Source of the DNA: Kiritimatiellia bacterium
Lineage (GTDB): Bacteria; Verrucomicrobiota; Kiritimatiellia; RFP12; UBA1067
NCBI GenBank assembly: GCA_050949565.1
Contig: JBMNFY010000017.1
Span: 640,001 to 704,000, forward strand
Reading direction: 5' to 3'
DNA length: 64,000 bases
The notes beneath the pieces are model-generated. The model searched no databases. It was not told the DNA's origin and saw only the letters and a program-made list of their open reading frames with translations. The translations under genes and the position numbers were made by a program. Each line of letters begins with the position of its first letter. Position 1 is the stretch's first letter. Positions 8,274 through 18,672 of the stretch are shown here, piece by piece.

Positions 8274-10724
8274 TCACTGACCGACGACTTGTTTAGGCGT
8301 CAGCGAGGTCAGGCGCGAGGTGTCGATCGTAACATCAAACCCTTTGGGCACCGTGTAGGCATAGTGGAACTCACCGCCCTGCTTGGTCCAACTCAGCGTG
8401 ATCGCATCTTTGCCAACCGGGACCGTCCCGGAGCAGTATGTCAGCGGAACCTCCGCAAAGCGGAAGGTCACGCGCCGATTGACGGCGTCGATCTCACCGA
8501 TCCCCAGCACATCGCGATAGTACATGCGCGTGACGTGGCTCGCGAAACCGTGACAGCAACTCGCAGTCGGCGTGTCGTTCTCCCAAAGTGTCCCGGTCCG
8601 CTCCTCCATGCCTTGAAAATATCCCTTGGTCTCTTCCAAGATCTGCGCGGACAACCCTTGGCGGGAGAGCAGCTCCAGCCGCAGATAATTTCCGATAAAG
8701 GCGTTCGAGAAATGGATCTCCGGATGCTTGCGGGTCTGCTTCCGCTGCGGCCCGAAATCATCGCGTAGACGCGCCCACAATGCGGGGTGCGTCTCCGGCG
8801 TGGCAGTGCGGAAGAAGAAGGCGTAATACTGGCAGGTCTCGGTGCGCTCGCCCGTGACCGCGAGCGTGCTGTCCGGACGCCGCTTGGCATTATCCACGAA
8901 GTAGGTGCCGTCATACGACTGGCGCCGGACCGTCTCGCGCACGGCCTCTGCCTTAGCGCCCAGTTCCGGCATGTCGTACATACGCGCGACGCACGCCAGC
9001 ACCTCGGCGTATGTCATGTTTGAGGGATAGTTGACATCCTGCACCAACTTGTTAGCGTGCGACCATTCGACAAAGACCCAGGCCGGCAATTTCTCCAGCA
9101 GGCCGTCGCTGTTTTCGTATTGTTTGAAAAACGCCAGCAGTTCGAGAACGCGCGGCTTGAGTGCATCAATCGTCGCACGGTCGCCGCTGCGGTGCAGATA
9201 CTCTTCAAGTTGCACCACGAACCACATCGCCCAGTTGGGAATGTAGTTGCTATTGGGATGATCCGCTGGATAGCACATCGGCAGCATGCCCTTGGGCAGA
9301 GCTTCAAAGTGTTCCGGCAGCAGGTAGTTCTGGAAGAACATACGCTCCATGTCGGTATTGCCGCACAGGTCAGCAGCGACGCGGCCGATGAAAAAGCTGT
9401 CGCACAGCCAGCCCGCGCGTTCACGGCCGGGGCAATCGGTAAAGACATCCACCGCGTTTTGCTTGAAGGTCTCGCGCGCGGCTTCGAAGATGCGATTGAG
9501 CACCGGGTCGGACGACCTGAATGTCGCCCGTTCGGTATCCGGATTCACGTACTCACGGAAACCGAGATCCAGCAACTCGCAAGTCCCGCCGTCAACCATC
9601 ACTTTCAGGTATTTCAACTCGTATGGTTCGAACGATTCAAGATGATAAGTACCGGCCCGCATCAGATCGTAGGTCACGACATTGGCACATGAATACCGCG
9701 TGACGTTCACCTCGCCATCGCTCAGGATTTCATCAAACACAAAATAGATACGCGCTGGCGCATCGCAGTGTACCGTGGCGCGGATGAAGCCAGCGTTGTT
9801 GCGGACAAACTCAAAGGTGCGGAACTGGTGGTGCCCCACGACGCGGGTCTCACCGTTTTTCCATGGTTTCTGCTCGCGTGCTTGTTTTGCGGTTTCGAGC
9901 CGCTGCACCTCATAGAGCGGGATCGTCGTCAGTTCACTCTCCGGGAAGCCGGCGAAAAGCGGCCCCACGCCCTTGATCGCACGGTCCGACCAGACCTTTT
10001 TGTCCGGGTTGAGCGTAAGCGTCCCGGAGGCGACTTCGCGGACCGGCTTCAGCACGTGAAACGCCGGATAGGGCGCGATACGCGGCAGCAACGGCCGCTG
10101 CGGACGCACTGCCAACTTCACCGGCACCAAGGGACCGCCCGTGCGCCAAGTATCCGTATAAGGGGTCAGGCAATACACTTCAGAAAAAGTACGCTGGAAG
10201 CTGTAGCGCTGAACCTTTTGCACGCGGCTGGTCAGCAGATGCGCCTCGAAGCCCGCCTTATCGCGGCCGGTTGCGGCCAGCACCCTACGGCGTCCCGCTA
10301 CAATCTCAGCCTGCAGGTACGAAGGTTGATTGAGATGGTAATAACTGTTGGCATTGTAGCCCGCGACCTCGATAGCGATCACGTTCGGCCCAGGTTTGCA
10401 GACTTCTTTGAGCGGCCACTCATCCACCCGGTCATATCCGTGCGGGCCACGCGCAGGGCCATACCCCACAAACTCGCCGTTCACGAAAAGGCGGTAGACC
10501 GTCGCACCGGTCAACCGCACGACCGCGCGTTTGGCGGCTCTGCCGTCGACCGTCGCACGGAACCCGACAAACAGGTTCATCTCCTTTTCGCGTCCTTCCG
10601 GCCAGACCGGCTGGGCAGCAACGAACGACGGCGCGGCATCCCGGCCCCCGCTCTTATTAACCATCAGCGAAGAACACCCCACAATCCCCAACACTGCCAA
10701 GATCAGCACCACTCTCATCGACAT
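8274..10724 (-). CDS. GH78-like alpha-L-rhamnosidase family glycoside hydrolase, probable lipoprotein
   Basis: Lipobox IVGC, YRLFVNG, catalytic-region DCPGRERAGWLCD, and GTLWE...ASCCHG. Confidence 0.8.
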   Translation of the reverse strand: MSMRVVLILAVLGIVGCSSLMVNKSGGRDAAPSFVAAQPVWPEGREKEMNLFVGFRATVDGRAAKRAVVRLTGATVYRLFVNGEFVGYGPARGPHGYDRVDEWPLKEVCKPGPNVIAIEVAGYNANSYYHLNQPSYLQAEIVAGRRRVLAATGRDKAGFEAHLLTSRVQKVQRYSFQRTFSEVYCLTPYTDTWRTGGPLVPVKLAVRPQRPLLPRIAPYPAFHVLKPVREVASGTLTLNPDKKVWSDRAIKGVGPLFAGFPESELTTIPLYEVQRLETAKQAREQKPWKNGETRVVGHHQFRTFEFVRNNAGFIRATVHCDAPARIYFVFDEILSDGEVNVTRYSCANVVTYDLMRAGTYHLESFEPYELKYLKVMVDGGTCELLDLGFREYVNPDTERATFRSSDPVLNRIFEAARETFKQNAVDVFTDCPGRERAGWLCDSFFIGRVAADLCGNTDMERMFFQNYLLPEHFEALPKGMLPMCYPADHPNSNYIPNWAMWFVVQLEEYLHRSGDRATIDALKPRVLELLAFFKQYENSDGLLEKLPAWVFVEWSHANKLVQDVNYPSNMTYAEVLACVARMYDMPELGAKAEAVRETVRRQSYDGTYFVDNAKRRPDSTLAVTGERTETCQYYAFFFRTATPETHPALWARLRDDFGPQRKQTRKHPEIHFSNAFIGNYLRLELLSRQGLSAQILEETKGYFQGMEERTGTLWENDTPTASCCHGFASHVTRMYYRDVLGIGEIDAVNRRVTFRFAEVPLTYCSGTVPVGKDAITLSWTKQGGEFHYAYTVPKGFDVTIDTSRLTSLTPKQVVGQ

Positions 10725-10752
10725 TTGACACCCTCCTCACGGCTCTTTCGTC

Positions 10753-10781
10753 ATGTTAGACATTCCCCCGCGTCAAGTCAA
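10753..10781 (-). promoter_or_regulatory. Putative sigma70 promoter of the GH78-SSS operon
   Basis: TTGACT-17 nt-TAACAT on the minus strand, about 30 bp before the start codon. Confidence 0.55.
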
Positions 10782-10819
10782 CCGCACACCGCGCTACGCG
10801 CGGATTTAGGATTTAGCTC

Positions 10820-10933
10820 TTTGCAGGGCTGTCTCCCCGCGCGCCCCTCATTGCATGTCCCGCGCGCGCTCGGTGCCCATCCTCGTGCCCGTTTTTACAC
10901 TCATCATTGCGACCACTGGGTGGTCGCAATAAT
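10820..10933. repeat. ~115-bp dispersed repeat ending in a perfect 11-bp hairpin (copy 1)
   Basis: Shares GTTTTTACACTCATCATTGYGACCACTGRGTGGTCGCAATAAT and upstream similarity with 22156-22267. Confidence 0.8.
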
Positions 10934-10962
10934 TCGCGATTAAAAAAATGCGGCGACCACAC

Positions 10963-11324
10963 GGGGGCGAATAAGCCGGATTCTGTTCACCGCCCGGAGG
11001 CGGCTCCGATCATTCATCTAAGCAATCTACCCGGAACCCTATCCGGCTATTACGCCGGAGCGACACGGGCCGCGTCTCGAGTCCCCTATTTGATCTTGCT
11101 CCAGAGGGGGTTTGCCCTGCGGCGGCGCTCTCGCGCCTGCCCGGTGGTCTCTTACACCACCTTTTCACCCTTACCCGGCGCGAACGCCGGGCGGTTTGTT
11201 TTCTGTGGCGCTTTCCGTCGGCGCCGATCTGGCAGCGCCCCTCCGGCCTTAACGGCCGGACCTCTTACCCTGCGGAGTCCGGACTTTCCTCCCCTGCCAA
11301 AGCAGGAGCGATCGGTCACTCCCC
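10963..11324 (-). ncRNA. rnpB: RNase P RNA (bacterial class A)
   Basis: The minus strand contains GAGGAAAGTCCGGACTC near the 5' end, GGGTAAGGGTGAAAAGGTGGTGTAAGAGACCACC, GGCAAACCCC and the 3' AACAGAATCCGGCTTAT signature. Confidence 0.96.
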
Positions 11325-11411
11325 ATGCGGCCGCCGCAAAGCATCGCTAGCGGCAACCCAAACCGTGGAGAGCCGCCCCGCGGCGAATCTCTCCCATCGG
11401 CTAAATCCATC

Positions 11412-11443
11412 AAAAAAGGCACCCCCTTTGCTGGGCGTGCCTG
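11412..11443 (-). terminator. Rho-independent terminator after the zinc-ribbon gene
   Basis: AGGCACGCCC-AGCAAAG-GGGGTGCCT followed by a T tract on the minus strand. Confidence 0.6.
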
Positions 11444-12169
11444 TCATTGCTTCATAAAAAGGATGCGTCCGCACATCTGGCAGGCCACAATTCCCTGATT
11501 GCGCCGCACCATCTGCCCGACCGAGGGCGGCTGCACCAAGTGGCACCCACCGCAGACACAGTCATCGCCAAGTTCCACCACCACCGGCCACCGTTTGGAG
11601 AGCAGGCGCTCGTAATAAAACATGAACTGCGGTGTCACCTTCTTGGCCGCTTCGGCGCGCTCCGTTTTGACAGCGGCCAGTTCTTCCTGCACAGCGACCA
11701 ACCGCGCGTCCAGTTCAGCGGTATAGGCGTCCACGGCCTCTTGGTCCTCTTGAAGCTTAGCCTGCGCTTCAGCGACACGGTGCTTAACCGGGATCACGTC
11801 GTCCAACGCCACGATCTGGCGCGATTCGTAATTGGCAATCTCACCCTCAAGCTTGGCAATCTCCAGATTGTACATCTGAAACTCTTTATTCGTCTTGAGC
11901 AAAACCTGATTTTTTTTCAGGGCTTGGATTCTATCCTGACGGGCTTCGATCTCCAACTCCACCTCGCTGACTCTCAACTGGGCATTTTTCAACTCCGCCT
12001 GCGCATGGTCCAGAGCCTCGCGGGCGCCACTCAGACGCTCCTGCTCTTGGTCTTTGCGCTGCGGAATGTCACGGATTTCCTGCTGCAGGTCTCGGATGCG
12101 ACCATCGATTTCCTGCAGATCGAGCAACGGTTGAACGACACTCACTGCGGCACTTCCTTCCGGATACAA
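11444..12169 (-). CDS. Coiled-coil + C4-type zinc-ribbon protein (DUF164/CT398-like)
   Basis: LLDLQEID start, long coiled coil, CGGCH...CQMCGRIL. The true start may be slightly downstream. Confidence 0.88.
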   Translation of the reverse strand: MYPEGSAAVSVVQPLLDLQEIDGRIRDLQQEIRDIPQRKDQEQERLSGAREALDHAQAELKNAQLRVSEVELEIEARQDRIQALKKNQVLLKTNKEFQMYNLEIAKLEGEIANYESRQIVALDDVIPVKHRVAEAQAKLQEDQEAVDAYTAELDARLVAVQEELAAVKTERAEAAKKVTPQFMFYYERLLSKRWPVVVELGDDCVCGGCHLVQPPSVGQMVRRNQGIVACQMCGRILFMKQ

Positions 12170-12241
12170 TTGATAAAGATCACGTACGAGTTGGATAGTT
12201 TACCAACTCTACCGTGAGAGTCAAACACCGATCTGCTCCGA

Positions 12242-15200
12242 TCATCTGATTAAGACGGTTGTTCCCCGCGCAGTAAACAGATCAAGCGTTTGGGTGGTCG
12301 GGTTTAGCACGACCCGAGTGTGGGAATTACCTCCCGACACGTTCCACGTGACCGTATCAAGAGGTTCAACTTGCTGGTAGTGGATCACCGGAACGCGCAC
12401 CGGCAGGTTACCCTCGCCGGTGACGTGCAGCGTCACCGTACCGCCGCCACTGAGACTGCCGACCTCAAGAAGACCGCCGATCCCGTCGATATGGCTCCAA
12501 TCCACATGCGCGCCGTCATTCAACCAAAGCGTCTCCACCGCTAACGCCGTCGGCGCGTCGATGCTGATCCTGCCGCCATCCGCCACGGCCAGCGTGCCCC
12601 GCACCGCACCGGCACCGCGCAGCGTTTGTCCGCCGCGTATGGTAACAGGTGCGGACTCGGCGACTGGCACGACCAGCGCCGCGCCTGCCGCGATCTCAAC
12701 ATCGCCCCGCCCGAGCCCCGTGGGCTGCGGATTGAGCGTATTGCCGCGTGGGACAGGGCGCACACCGAATTTAGTCCCCATCTCGGTCGACAGCAGGGCC
12801 ATCTCGGACAGAGTCAACGCACACTGCGGCAGGAAACAGAAAGCCGCGATATCACCGGCAAAGAACTGCTCGTTCAGTGCGTTCAACGAACCGACCACGA
12901 TCCGATAGGGATTGCGGGGGGTCAGGTGCTGCGCGACCGTGTGGACGACGTCCAGCCCGTCGATCATGATCCGGGTCTGTCCACCCAGCGCGTCATAGGC
13001 GATGACCGCCACATGCGGCATACCGTCATGCAGGTCATAGACTTTGGAGAGACTAGTGGCATCGGGTCCGCCGATACCTGCCATGATGCGGCCCGAACCG
13101 GAGAAAGCGATTCCCCAATCGTTCTGGATGCTCGCCTGTTCGGCATCGATCAAACCGACGCTGCTATACCACGCCGGCACATCCTTGCCAGGGACCGTCG
13201 TACGGAAAACAAGCGCCACCGTGAAGTTGGTTGATCCGGCCACCGGGCTGTCGCCGGCCGGGATTCCCAAAGCGTTCCTCACGCCATCAAATCGGACACC
13301 GTTATGTCCGTAGAAGGCATCCGTCACCAGTGTCGGCGCTGTGATACCGGTCTTTCCGACGCCCGCCGGCGTGGCCTTACAGGCACCGTTCGTTGATGCC
13401 CATTCATCAACAGGACTGCCGTTTTCCCCAGTCAGCGTGTCGGCATCCCACACCACCGCTTCGTAAGGCAGCGTATCGCCCGCCGGGCTTGAAGGCACAC
13501 CCATCTCGCCAATGGAGGGCGTGACGATCGCAGGCTCCTCGAACAACGCATCGGAGACACCGTAGGCCGCCGCCAACTCGCTGCCGATGAGGTTTTGTTC
13601 GTCCGGCGAGAGTGCGTGATTGCGATAGATACGGATCTCGGCCATGTCGCCGTTGAAGTACTTGCCATTCTCAAGATTGACCGAGCCGAACAGCATGCGA
13701 TAAGCGTTGCGGGCGGCGACCGTGGTGGCTGTCGACGCGGCGGTCGTGACACGGCCGTCCACGTTCATCGTGAGATTGGTACCCTCCCACGTGTATATCG
13801 CGACATGCGGCTGATTGTTGACCACGGAGCGTCCGGCTGCAGAATAGACGGTCGTATCTTTGTTCGCCGTGGGGAGGAACCCCGCACCGCCGCCGACCTG
13901 ACCGGAGGCATTGTAGACCAAGCCCCAATCGTTTTGAATACCGCCTTGCTCGCCATCGACCAAACCGGTGTTGCTGTACCAGTTAGCGGCACCGCCACTA
14001 CCGGCCGTCCCAGTCTTGAACACGATGGCGATTGAGAAACTGGTGGCACCAGAGATCGGACTCTCCGCGGCATCAATCGCCAAATACTGCTGCGCCGCAT
14101 TGGAGAACCTCACAACGCTGTGCCCGTTTAGTTCATTACGGACCAGGCGCGGCGTCCGCGCCTCGACCGCATTTGTGGCCGAGACCAAATTGTTCAGCGC
14201 GGGCCATTCAGAGACCAGCGCGTTATTCGTTCCGGCAAGGCTATCGGCCGTCCACCGATAGCAATCGGGGCCGGAACCGGTACCGGCCACCGCGAGCGTG
14301 CCGGCCTCGACAACGGTCTTCCCCTCATACGCCGCCTCGCCGGCCAGCACCAGCGTGCCCGCCCCGCGCTTGGTAAGTTGTCCCGGACCGTAGACCGCGC
14401 CGCTGAGCACGATACGCCGTCCGACGCCGTTCGTATCGGCGGTATTGAACACGGTGCCGCCGTCAGCGTCACTCAGCATCAGATCCAGCGGCGACGACCA
14501 AGAGTCGCCGGCTCTCAACGTGCCGCCTTGAAGTTTCATCGCGTAAGCCGATCCGGACGCACCGTTGTTCCAAGTGCGTCCCGCATAAAGCCCGCGCGCG
14601 CCCAGCAGCAATTCGCCGCCGGTCATCTTGAACATTGAGTACGCGTTGGTAATGGCATAGGCCGGATTGTCTATCGACCGGCCCAAAACAATCTGGTCGA
14701 TGTCAGCCCGTCCGCCCCGCATCAGAAAAACACCCGATATACTCGGTGCCGGTGTGTAGACGTAATCGAGCCATGACAGGTGTACCCCCGAATCCACACC
14801 GCGGGCACCTGTGATCCGGAAGTCACCACCGGTCAGTTCAAGCGTATTGAGCCCCCAGAAGTTGCCGCTGCACCAGCCGACCTTGACGCTGTTAACCGAA
14901 ACCGTACCGCCTGTCTGCAGAAAGCGGCTTTCTGTGCTGAGCGACGACGTGCCATTACCGATCAGTATGCCGCTTGTCAACGCAAGCGAACCGCCATTGA
15001 CGGTGTGCCGCGCGTTGTAAGTAGAGTACTGCACTTGAAGTTCGTAACCACTCAAGGTGCCTCCGTTTTGAATGCCGTACCCATTGTCGATCGTGAACCG
15101 TCCGCCGGGAAAAAGGAAAGTGTCGCCCTCCTCGAATTGCAACGTGCCGCCGGCGGTCAGCCCGTTCCAGCATGTGACGGAGGCCAGGCGATCAGCAAAG

Positions 15201-15865
15201 AGATCAGACCAGAGAATGGAATCCTTGAACGTCATCTCCCATCTTCCACCTCCCTTGATCGTGAAGGCTTTCGCCCAGCGGCCGGACTTTGTGAAGCGAC
15301 TGGTAGATACGGCATTTGTGATGGTCAGGTTGCCCGAATATCCGGATGCGACGTTCCACATGGTCTGGCTGGGCATATCAAGTGTCCAATCAGAGGCCCC
15401 CGAAACCGTTTCGTTGAACGTCACGTTACGCCGGTCGAGCTGCCAGACCTGCGGGGCGCTCAGCGCCAGCGGCAGCCCCAACGAAAGTGCAAGCCCCGAT
15501 CCGCTCAACTCCACACCGCCCGCGCCGAGTGTCAACGTCGCCGCATCGGTACCATTGGTGGTGAGCACCGCTGTACCGAGCACGCCGGACACGGGAGACG
15601 TTTGGTTGGTGAAGACAATCCCGGCCCACGCAAGGTCATCCGTCACGACAAAAGTCAGCGTGTTGGTGGTGACCCGTTCGTCAAAAACCGCCACATCTTC
15701 GGGGCCCGGCACAATGCCACCCTCCCAACTCAGCGGATCATTCAGCGATCGCGTATTGTCCGCCTTATACACCCAGCCGCCGAACGCGGAAGTGCCGAAC
15801 CCGCCCAGCGCCCCCATGACAGCAAGTGTGCGGATGACCCCATACCTTCTCCAAGTTTGTCTCAT
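12242..15865 (-). CDS. Large secreted protein with autotransporter-associated beta-strand repeat and two LamG/ConA-like domains, no beta-barrel
   Basis: Signal peptide, 'GPGQLTKRGAGTLVLAGEAAYEGKTVVEAGTL' repeat, and two homologous 'W.AD.L.G...FSIAIVFKT...FNGDMAEIRIY' domains. Confidence 0.8.
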   Translation of the reverse strand: MRQTWRRYGVIRTLAVMGALGGFGTSAFGGWVYKADNTRSLNDPLSWEGGIVPGPEDVAVFDERVTTNTLTFVVTDDLAWAGIVFTNQTSPVSGVLGTAVLTTNGTDAATLTLGAGGVELSGSGLALSLGLPLALSAPQVWQLDRRNVTFNETVSGASDWTLDMPSQTMWNVASGYSGNLTITNAVSTSRFTKSGRWAKAFTIKGGGRWEMTFKDSILWSDLFADRLASVTCWNGLTAGGTLQFEEGDTFLFPGGRFTIDNGYGIQNGGTLSGYELQVQYSTYNARHTVNGGSLALTSGILIGNGTSSLSTESRFLQTGGTVSVNSVKVGWCSGNFWGLNTLELTGGDFRITGARGVDSGVHLSWLDYVYTPAPSISGVFLMRGGRADIDQIVLGRSIDNPAYAITNAYSMFKMTGGELLLGARGLYAGRTWNNGASGSAYAMKLQGGTLRAGDSWSSPLDLMLSDADGGTVFNTADTNGVGRRIVLSGAVYGPGQLTKRGAGTLVLAGEAAYEGKTVVEAGTLAVAGTGSGPDCYRWTADSLAGTNNALVSEWPALNNLVSATNAVEARTPRLVRNELNGHSVVRFSNAAQQYLAIDAAESPISGATSFSIAIVFKTGTAGSGGAANWYSNTGLVDGEQGGIQNDWGLVYNASGQVGGGAGFLPTANKDTTVYSAAGRSVVNNQPHVAIYTWEGTNLTMNVDGRVTTAASTATTVAARNAYRMLFGSVNLENGKYFNGDMAEIRIYRNHALSPDEQNLIGSELAAAYGVSDALFEEPAIVTPSIGEMGVPSSPAGDTLPYEAVVWDADTLTGENGSPVDEWASTNGACKATPAGVGKTGITAPTLVTDAFYGHNGVRFDGVRNALGIPAGDSPVAGSTNFTVALVFRTTVPGKDVPAWYSSVGLIDAEQASIQNDWGIAFSGSGRIMAGIGGPDATSLSKVYDLHDGMPHVAVIAYDALGGQTRIMIDGLDVVHTVAQHLTPRNPYRIVVGSLNALNEQFFAGDIAAFCFLPQCALTLSEMALLSTEMGTKFGVRPVPRGNTLNPQPTGLGRGDVEIAAGAALVVPVAESAPVTIRGGQTLRGAGAVRGTLAVADGGRISIDAPTALAVETLWLNDGAHVDWSHIDGIGGLLEVGSLSGGGTVTLHVTGEGNLPVRVPVIHYQQVEPLDTVTWNVSGGNSHTRVVLNPTTQTLDLFTARGTTVLIR

Positions 15866-16076
15866 AGCGGCACCTCCTTACAAACCATACACAACGTCGT
15901 TATGTCGTTTTATAGCACATCGCCACAAGGTTCGACAATGAAAATTGCACACGGCATGAGGCTCTTGCAAAACCCCCACACCGCAACGCCTGACGGCCTG
16001 CGGGCGGGACGTCTTGTCAGCGAACCATCCCACCGCCCGGCGCGGCCGGGCATGACGCTCCGCCCCACGCCGCGTC

Positions 16077-16218
16077 GCCTTCTGCACGGCACCATACCGC
16101 GCCCAAAACGAACAGGGGTATTGTCGCACATTCCGGGGTGTTTGTCTGCCTTCTGCACGGCACCATACCGCGCCCAAAACAAACAGGGGTATTGTCGCAC
16201 ATTCCGGGGTGTTTGTCT
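16077..16218 (+). repeat. 71-bp direct tandem duplication (2 copies, 1 mismatch) inside the IS left end
   Basis: GCCTTCTGCACGGCACCATACCGCGCCCAAAAC(G/A)AACAGGGGTATTGTCGCACATTCCGGGGTGTTTGTCT at 16077 and 16148. Confidence 0.95.
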
Positions 16219-16321
16219 ACCCCCCCCGATTTTTGTTGTATCTTGTTGCCGCGCAATATGTTACAATGCCTCCATCATCCGTAAGGACGGAAAAACAAAC
16301 GCGGAAAGGAGACAAAAACGC

Positions 16322-17437
16322 ATGAAGGAAACGCGACATCAACCCCCTCTGGGCCAGTTGTGGAACAGCATCCAGTCATGGCTCTTCCCGATGCTGGAGG
16401 ACGAGATCGGGGAACTCGACGAGAAGCACCGCCAGTTCGTCGCGGTCTGCGAGCTGTGCGCCCCGCAGGATCACATGGGCGCCTACCGCTGGTGCGGCAA
16501 CGGCTGCCCGCCGTGCGACCGGCTGGCGATGTGCAAGGCGTTCATAGGCAAGACCGTCTGGAACTTCGACACCACGAGCGGCCTGATCGACGCCATCCGC
16601 CACCGTCCGGCCCTGCGCCGGCTGTGCGGCTGGGAGACGCTCGGCGAAGTGCCCTCGGCGTCGACCTTCTCGCGCGCCTTCGCCGAATTCGCCAAAAACG
16701 GGTGCCCGCAGGAAATCCACGAGGCGATGGTCAAGGCCCGCTATGGCGACAAGCTCGCCGGGCACGTCAGCCGCGACGCCACCGCGATCCGCGCCCGCGA
16801 GAAGGCCGCGGCCAAGCCGGAGACGGCCCCCGCCCCCGAGCGCGGCAAACGCGGCCGGCGCAGGAAGGGCGAGCCCCCGGCGCCGCCGCCGGATCCGACA
16901 CGGCTGCAACTGCAGCTCAACCGCGGCTTGAAGGAAAACCTGGCCGACCTGCCCGCGTCCTGCGACTGGGGCTGCAAGAAGAACAGCAAGGGCAAGACAG
17001 AATGCTGGCGCGGCTACAAGGCCCATCTGGACGTGATCGACGGCGATATCCCGGTCAGCTTCATACTCACTTCCGCCAGCCTGCACGACAGCCAGGCCGC
17101 CATCCCGCTGGCGCAGATGACCGCCGGACGGATCGTCAACCTCTATGATCTGGCCGACGCCGCCTACGACGCCAAGGAGATCCGCGAGATGTCGGCGCGG
17201 CTGGGGCACGTGGCGCTCATCGACCACAACCCGCGCCGGGGCGAGAAGATCGAGTTCTCCCCGGCGGAAGCCCGGCGCTACCACGAACGCACGGCCGTCG
17301 AGCGCGTCAACAGCCATCTGCACGAAGAGCACGGCGGACGGAACGTCCGGGTGCGCGGCCCGGCGAAGGTGGCGGCGCATCTGGCCTTCGGGCTGCTGGT
17401 CATCGCCGCCGAGCAGATGCTCAGAATGCTTCCCTGA
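16322..17437 (+). CDS. DDE transposase (IS4 superfamily fold; IS5/IS1182-like)
   Basis: LRRLCGW, VPSASTFSR, HVSRDATAI, WRGYKAH, ASLHDSQ, LADAAYDA, RTAVERVNS. RBS AGGAG upstream of ATG 16322. Confidence 0.92.
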   Translation: MKETRHQPPLGQLWNSIQSWLFPMLEDEIGELDEKHRQFVAVCELCAPQDHMGAYRWCGNGCPPCDRLAMCKAFIGKTVWNFDTTSGLIDAIRHRPALRRLCGWETLGEVPSASTFSRAFAEFAKNGCPQEIHEAMVKARYGDKLAGHVSRDATAIRAREKAAAKPETAPAPERGKRGRRRKGEPPAPPPDPTRLQLQLNRGLKENLADLPASCDWGCKKNSKGKTECWRGYKAHLDVIDGDIPVSFILTSASLHDSQAAIPLAQMTAGRIVNLYDLADAAYDAKEIREMSARLGHVALIDHNPRRGEKIEFSPAEARRYHERTAVERVNSHLHEEHGGRNVRVRGPAKVAAHLAFGLLVIAAEQMLRMLP

Positions 17438-17681
17438 CCGGCCCCGCGGCAGACTGCCCTCCCTGAAAACCCGCCCGCGACCGGGCGGAGGCGCCGGGGT
17501 CTGCCCGGAAACATCCGAAAAACGGGAAAAACGCCCTGTCGCGTCCGTTTTTCAGCAACCGCTGCGCCTCTTCGTCAGAAAATCCTGCAAAATCCCTTGC
17601 GTGCAGGCGTGGCACGGGCATCCTGCCCGTGTTTCATGGGCGGGACGCCCATGTCACGAGGGGGTTTTGCAAGAGCCTCGG

Positions 17682-18659
17682 TTACTCGGGACGGATGCCC
17701 AGTCGGCGTTCGAGGTCGCGGTCACGCGCGCCCCCGAGCTTCACGGCCTGGCGATAATACATTTCGGGCTCGTCGAGCTTGCCGGGCGTCATCTCCAGCA
17801 ACAGCCATGCCATATTGAGATAGCTGTCCGGACGTTTCGGATTGACCTTGAGTGCCTTGTCCAGCGTGGTCATGGCGCGGGAGTAGCCGCCGGATGCCGC
17901 ATAACAGCCTGCGGCCAGCAACAAAACCGATTCGTCGTCCGGCACATCCTGCAAAAGGTCGTCCAAGACCACCAGAGCGTCGCGGTGCTTGCCTTGCTGC
18001 ACATTCGACAACGCCATCAACAGACGGGCATCGACATTTTCGGGATCCTGCTTCAACACTTTGATCAACGAGGCCTCGACCTCATCGAAACGGTCGACAG
18101 ACAACATGTCCTTGGCCCACTCCAACTCACTGCGGATGTTGACGGGTTTCCCCGTCTCCTTTTTTCCGTCGGCTGTCGCGTCGGACGCAGGCTCAGGCAC
18201 TTCGCCTTTTTTAGGAGCCAGCTTAACCGCCACTTCCGGCAGGTTGTTGGTTTCGGCCTCCTTCTTACGGGCCGCGCGCTTGGCCGCTAGTGTTGACGTA
18301 TCGGTAACTGCCACGGTCCGAGCCGTGGCGTTCATCTCTTCGAGCATGATGCGGTCGATCTCAGTCTCGCACAGCGCCTTACGGAAAAGGACTGGCGCGA
18401 ACTCAGAGCTTGTGGCGCGTGCGGGGTTCTCGCGCTCCAGGCGCACCAGTTCGGCGAGCGCCTTGCGGTACCCCTCGATGGCCTCCTTGGCTTTGCCATC
18501 GATATACGCAGCCGAGGCCTCTGACATCATATCGTTGGCCGGTTGAAGCAACTCAGTGACTTTGGGCTCCTTGTCTTTGCTTTTGCTCCAAACATCCAGA
18601 GGAATGGCGCAAACCCAGGCACCCAACAGGAAAAGGCAGATCGTTTTACAAGCACGCAT
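17682..18659 (-). CDS. Secreted tetratricopeptide-repeat protein
   Basis: Signal peptide MRACKTICLFLLGAW and TPR-like helices (ALKVNPKRPDSYLNMAWLL). The ORF-track extension upstream is MITE-derived. Confidence 0.8.
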   Translation of the reverse strand: MRACKTICLFLLGAWVCAIPLDVWSKSKDKEPKVTELLQPANDMMSEASAAYIDGKAKEAIEGYRKALAELVRLERENPARATSSEFAPVLFRKALCETEIDRIMLEEMNATARTVAVTDTSTLAAKRAARKKEAETNNLPEVAVKLAPKKGEVPEPASDATADGKKETGKPVNIRSELEWAKDMLSVDRFDEVEASLIKVLKQDPENVDARLLMALSNVQQGKHRDALVVLDDLLQDVPDDESVLLLAAGCYAASGGYSRAMTTLDKALKVNPKRPDSYLNMAWLLLEMTPGKLDEPEMYYRQAVKLGGARDRDLERRLGIRPE

Positions 18660-18672
18660 GTTCAAACACTCC

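Larger units (their letters stand above)
15958..17679 (+). mobile_element. Insertion sequence (IS5/IS1182-like DDE element), 1722 bp
   Basis: Perfect 20-bp TIRs GAGGCTCTTGCAAAACCCCC (15958-15977) and GGGGGTTTTGCAAGAGCCTC (17660-17679) flank one transposase. No clear TSD. Confidence 0.9.

Noticed and set aside
10907-11350. 147-aa ORF
   Set aside because: Antisense to the RNase P RNA gene.
14780-16321. 885-aa ORF suggesting a long N-terminally extended transposase
   Set aside because: The extension is antisense to the real 12242-15865 gene and crosses the IS TIR. An RBS supports ATG 16322.
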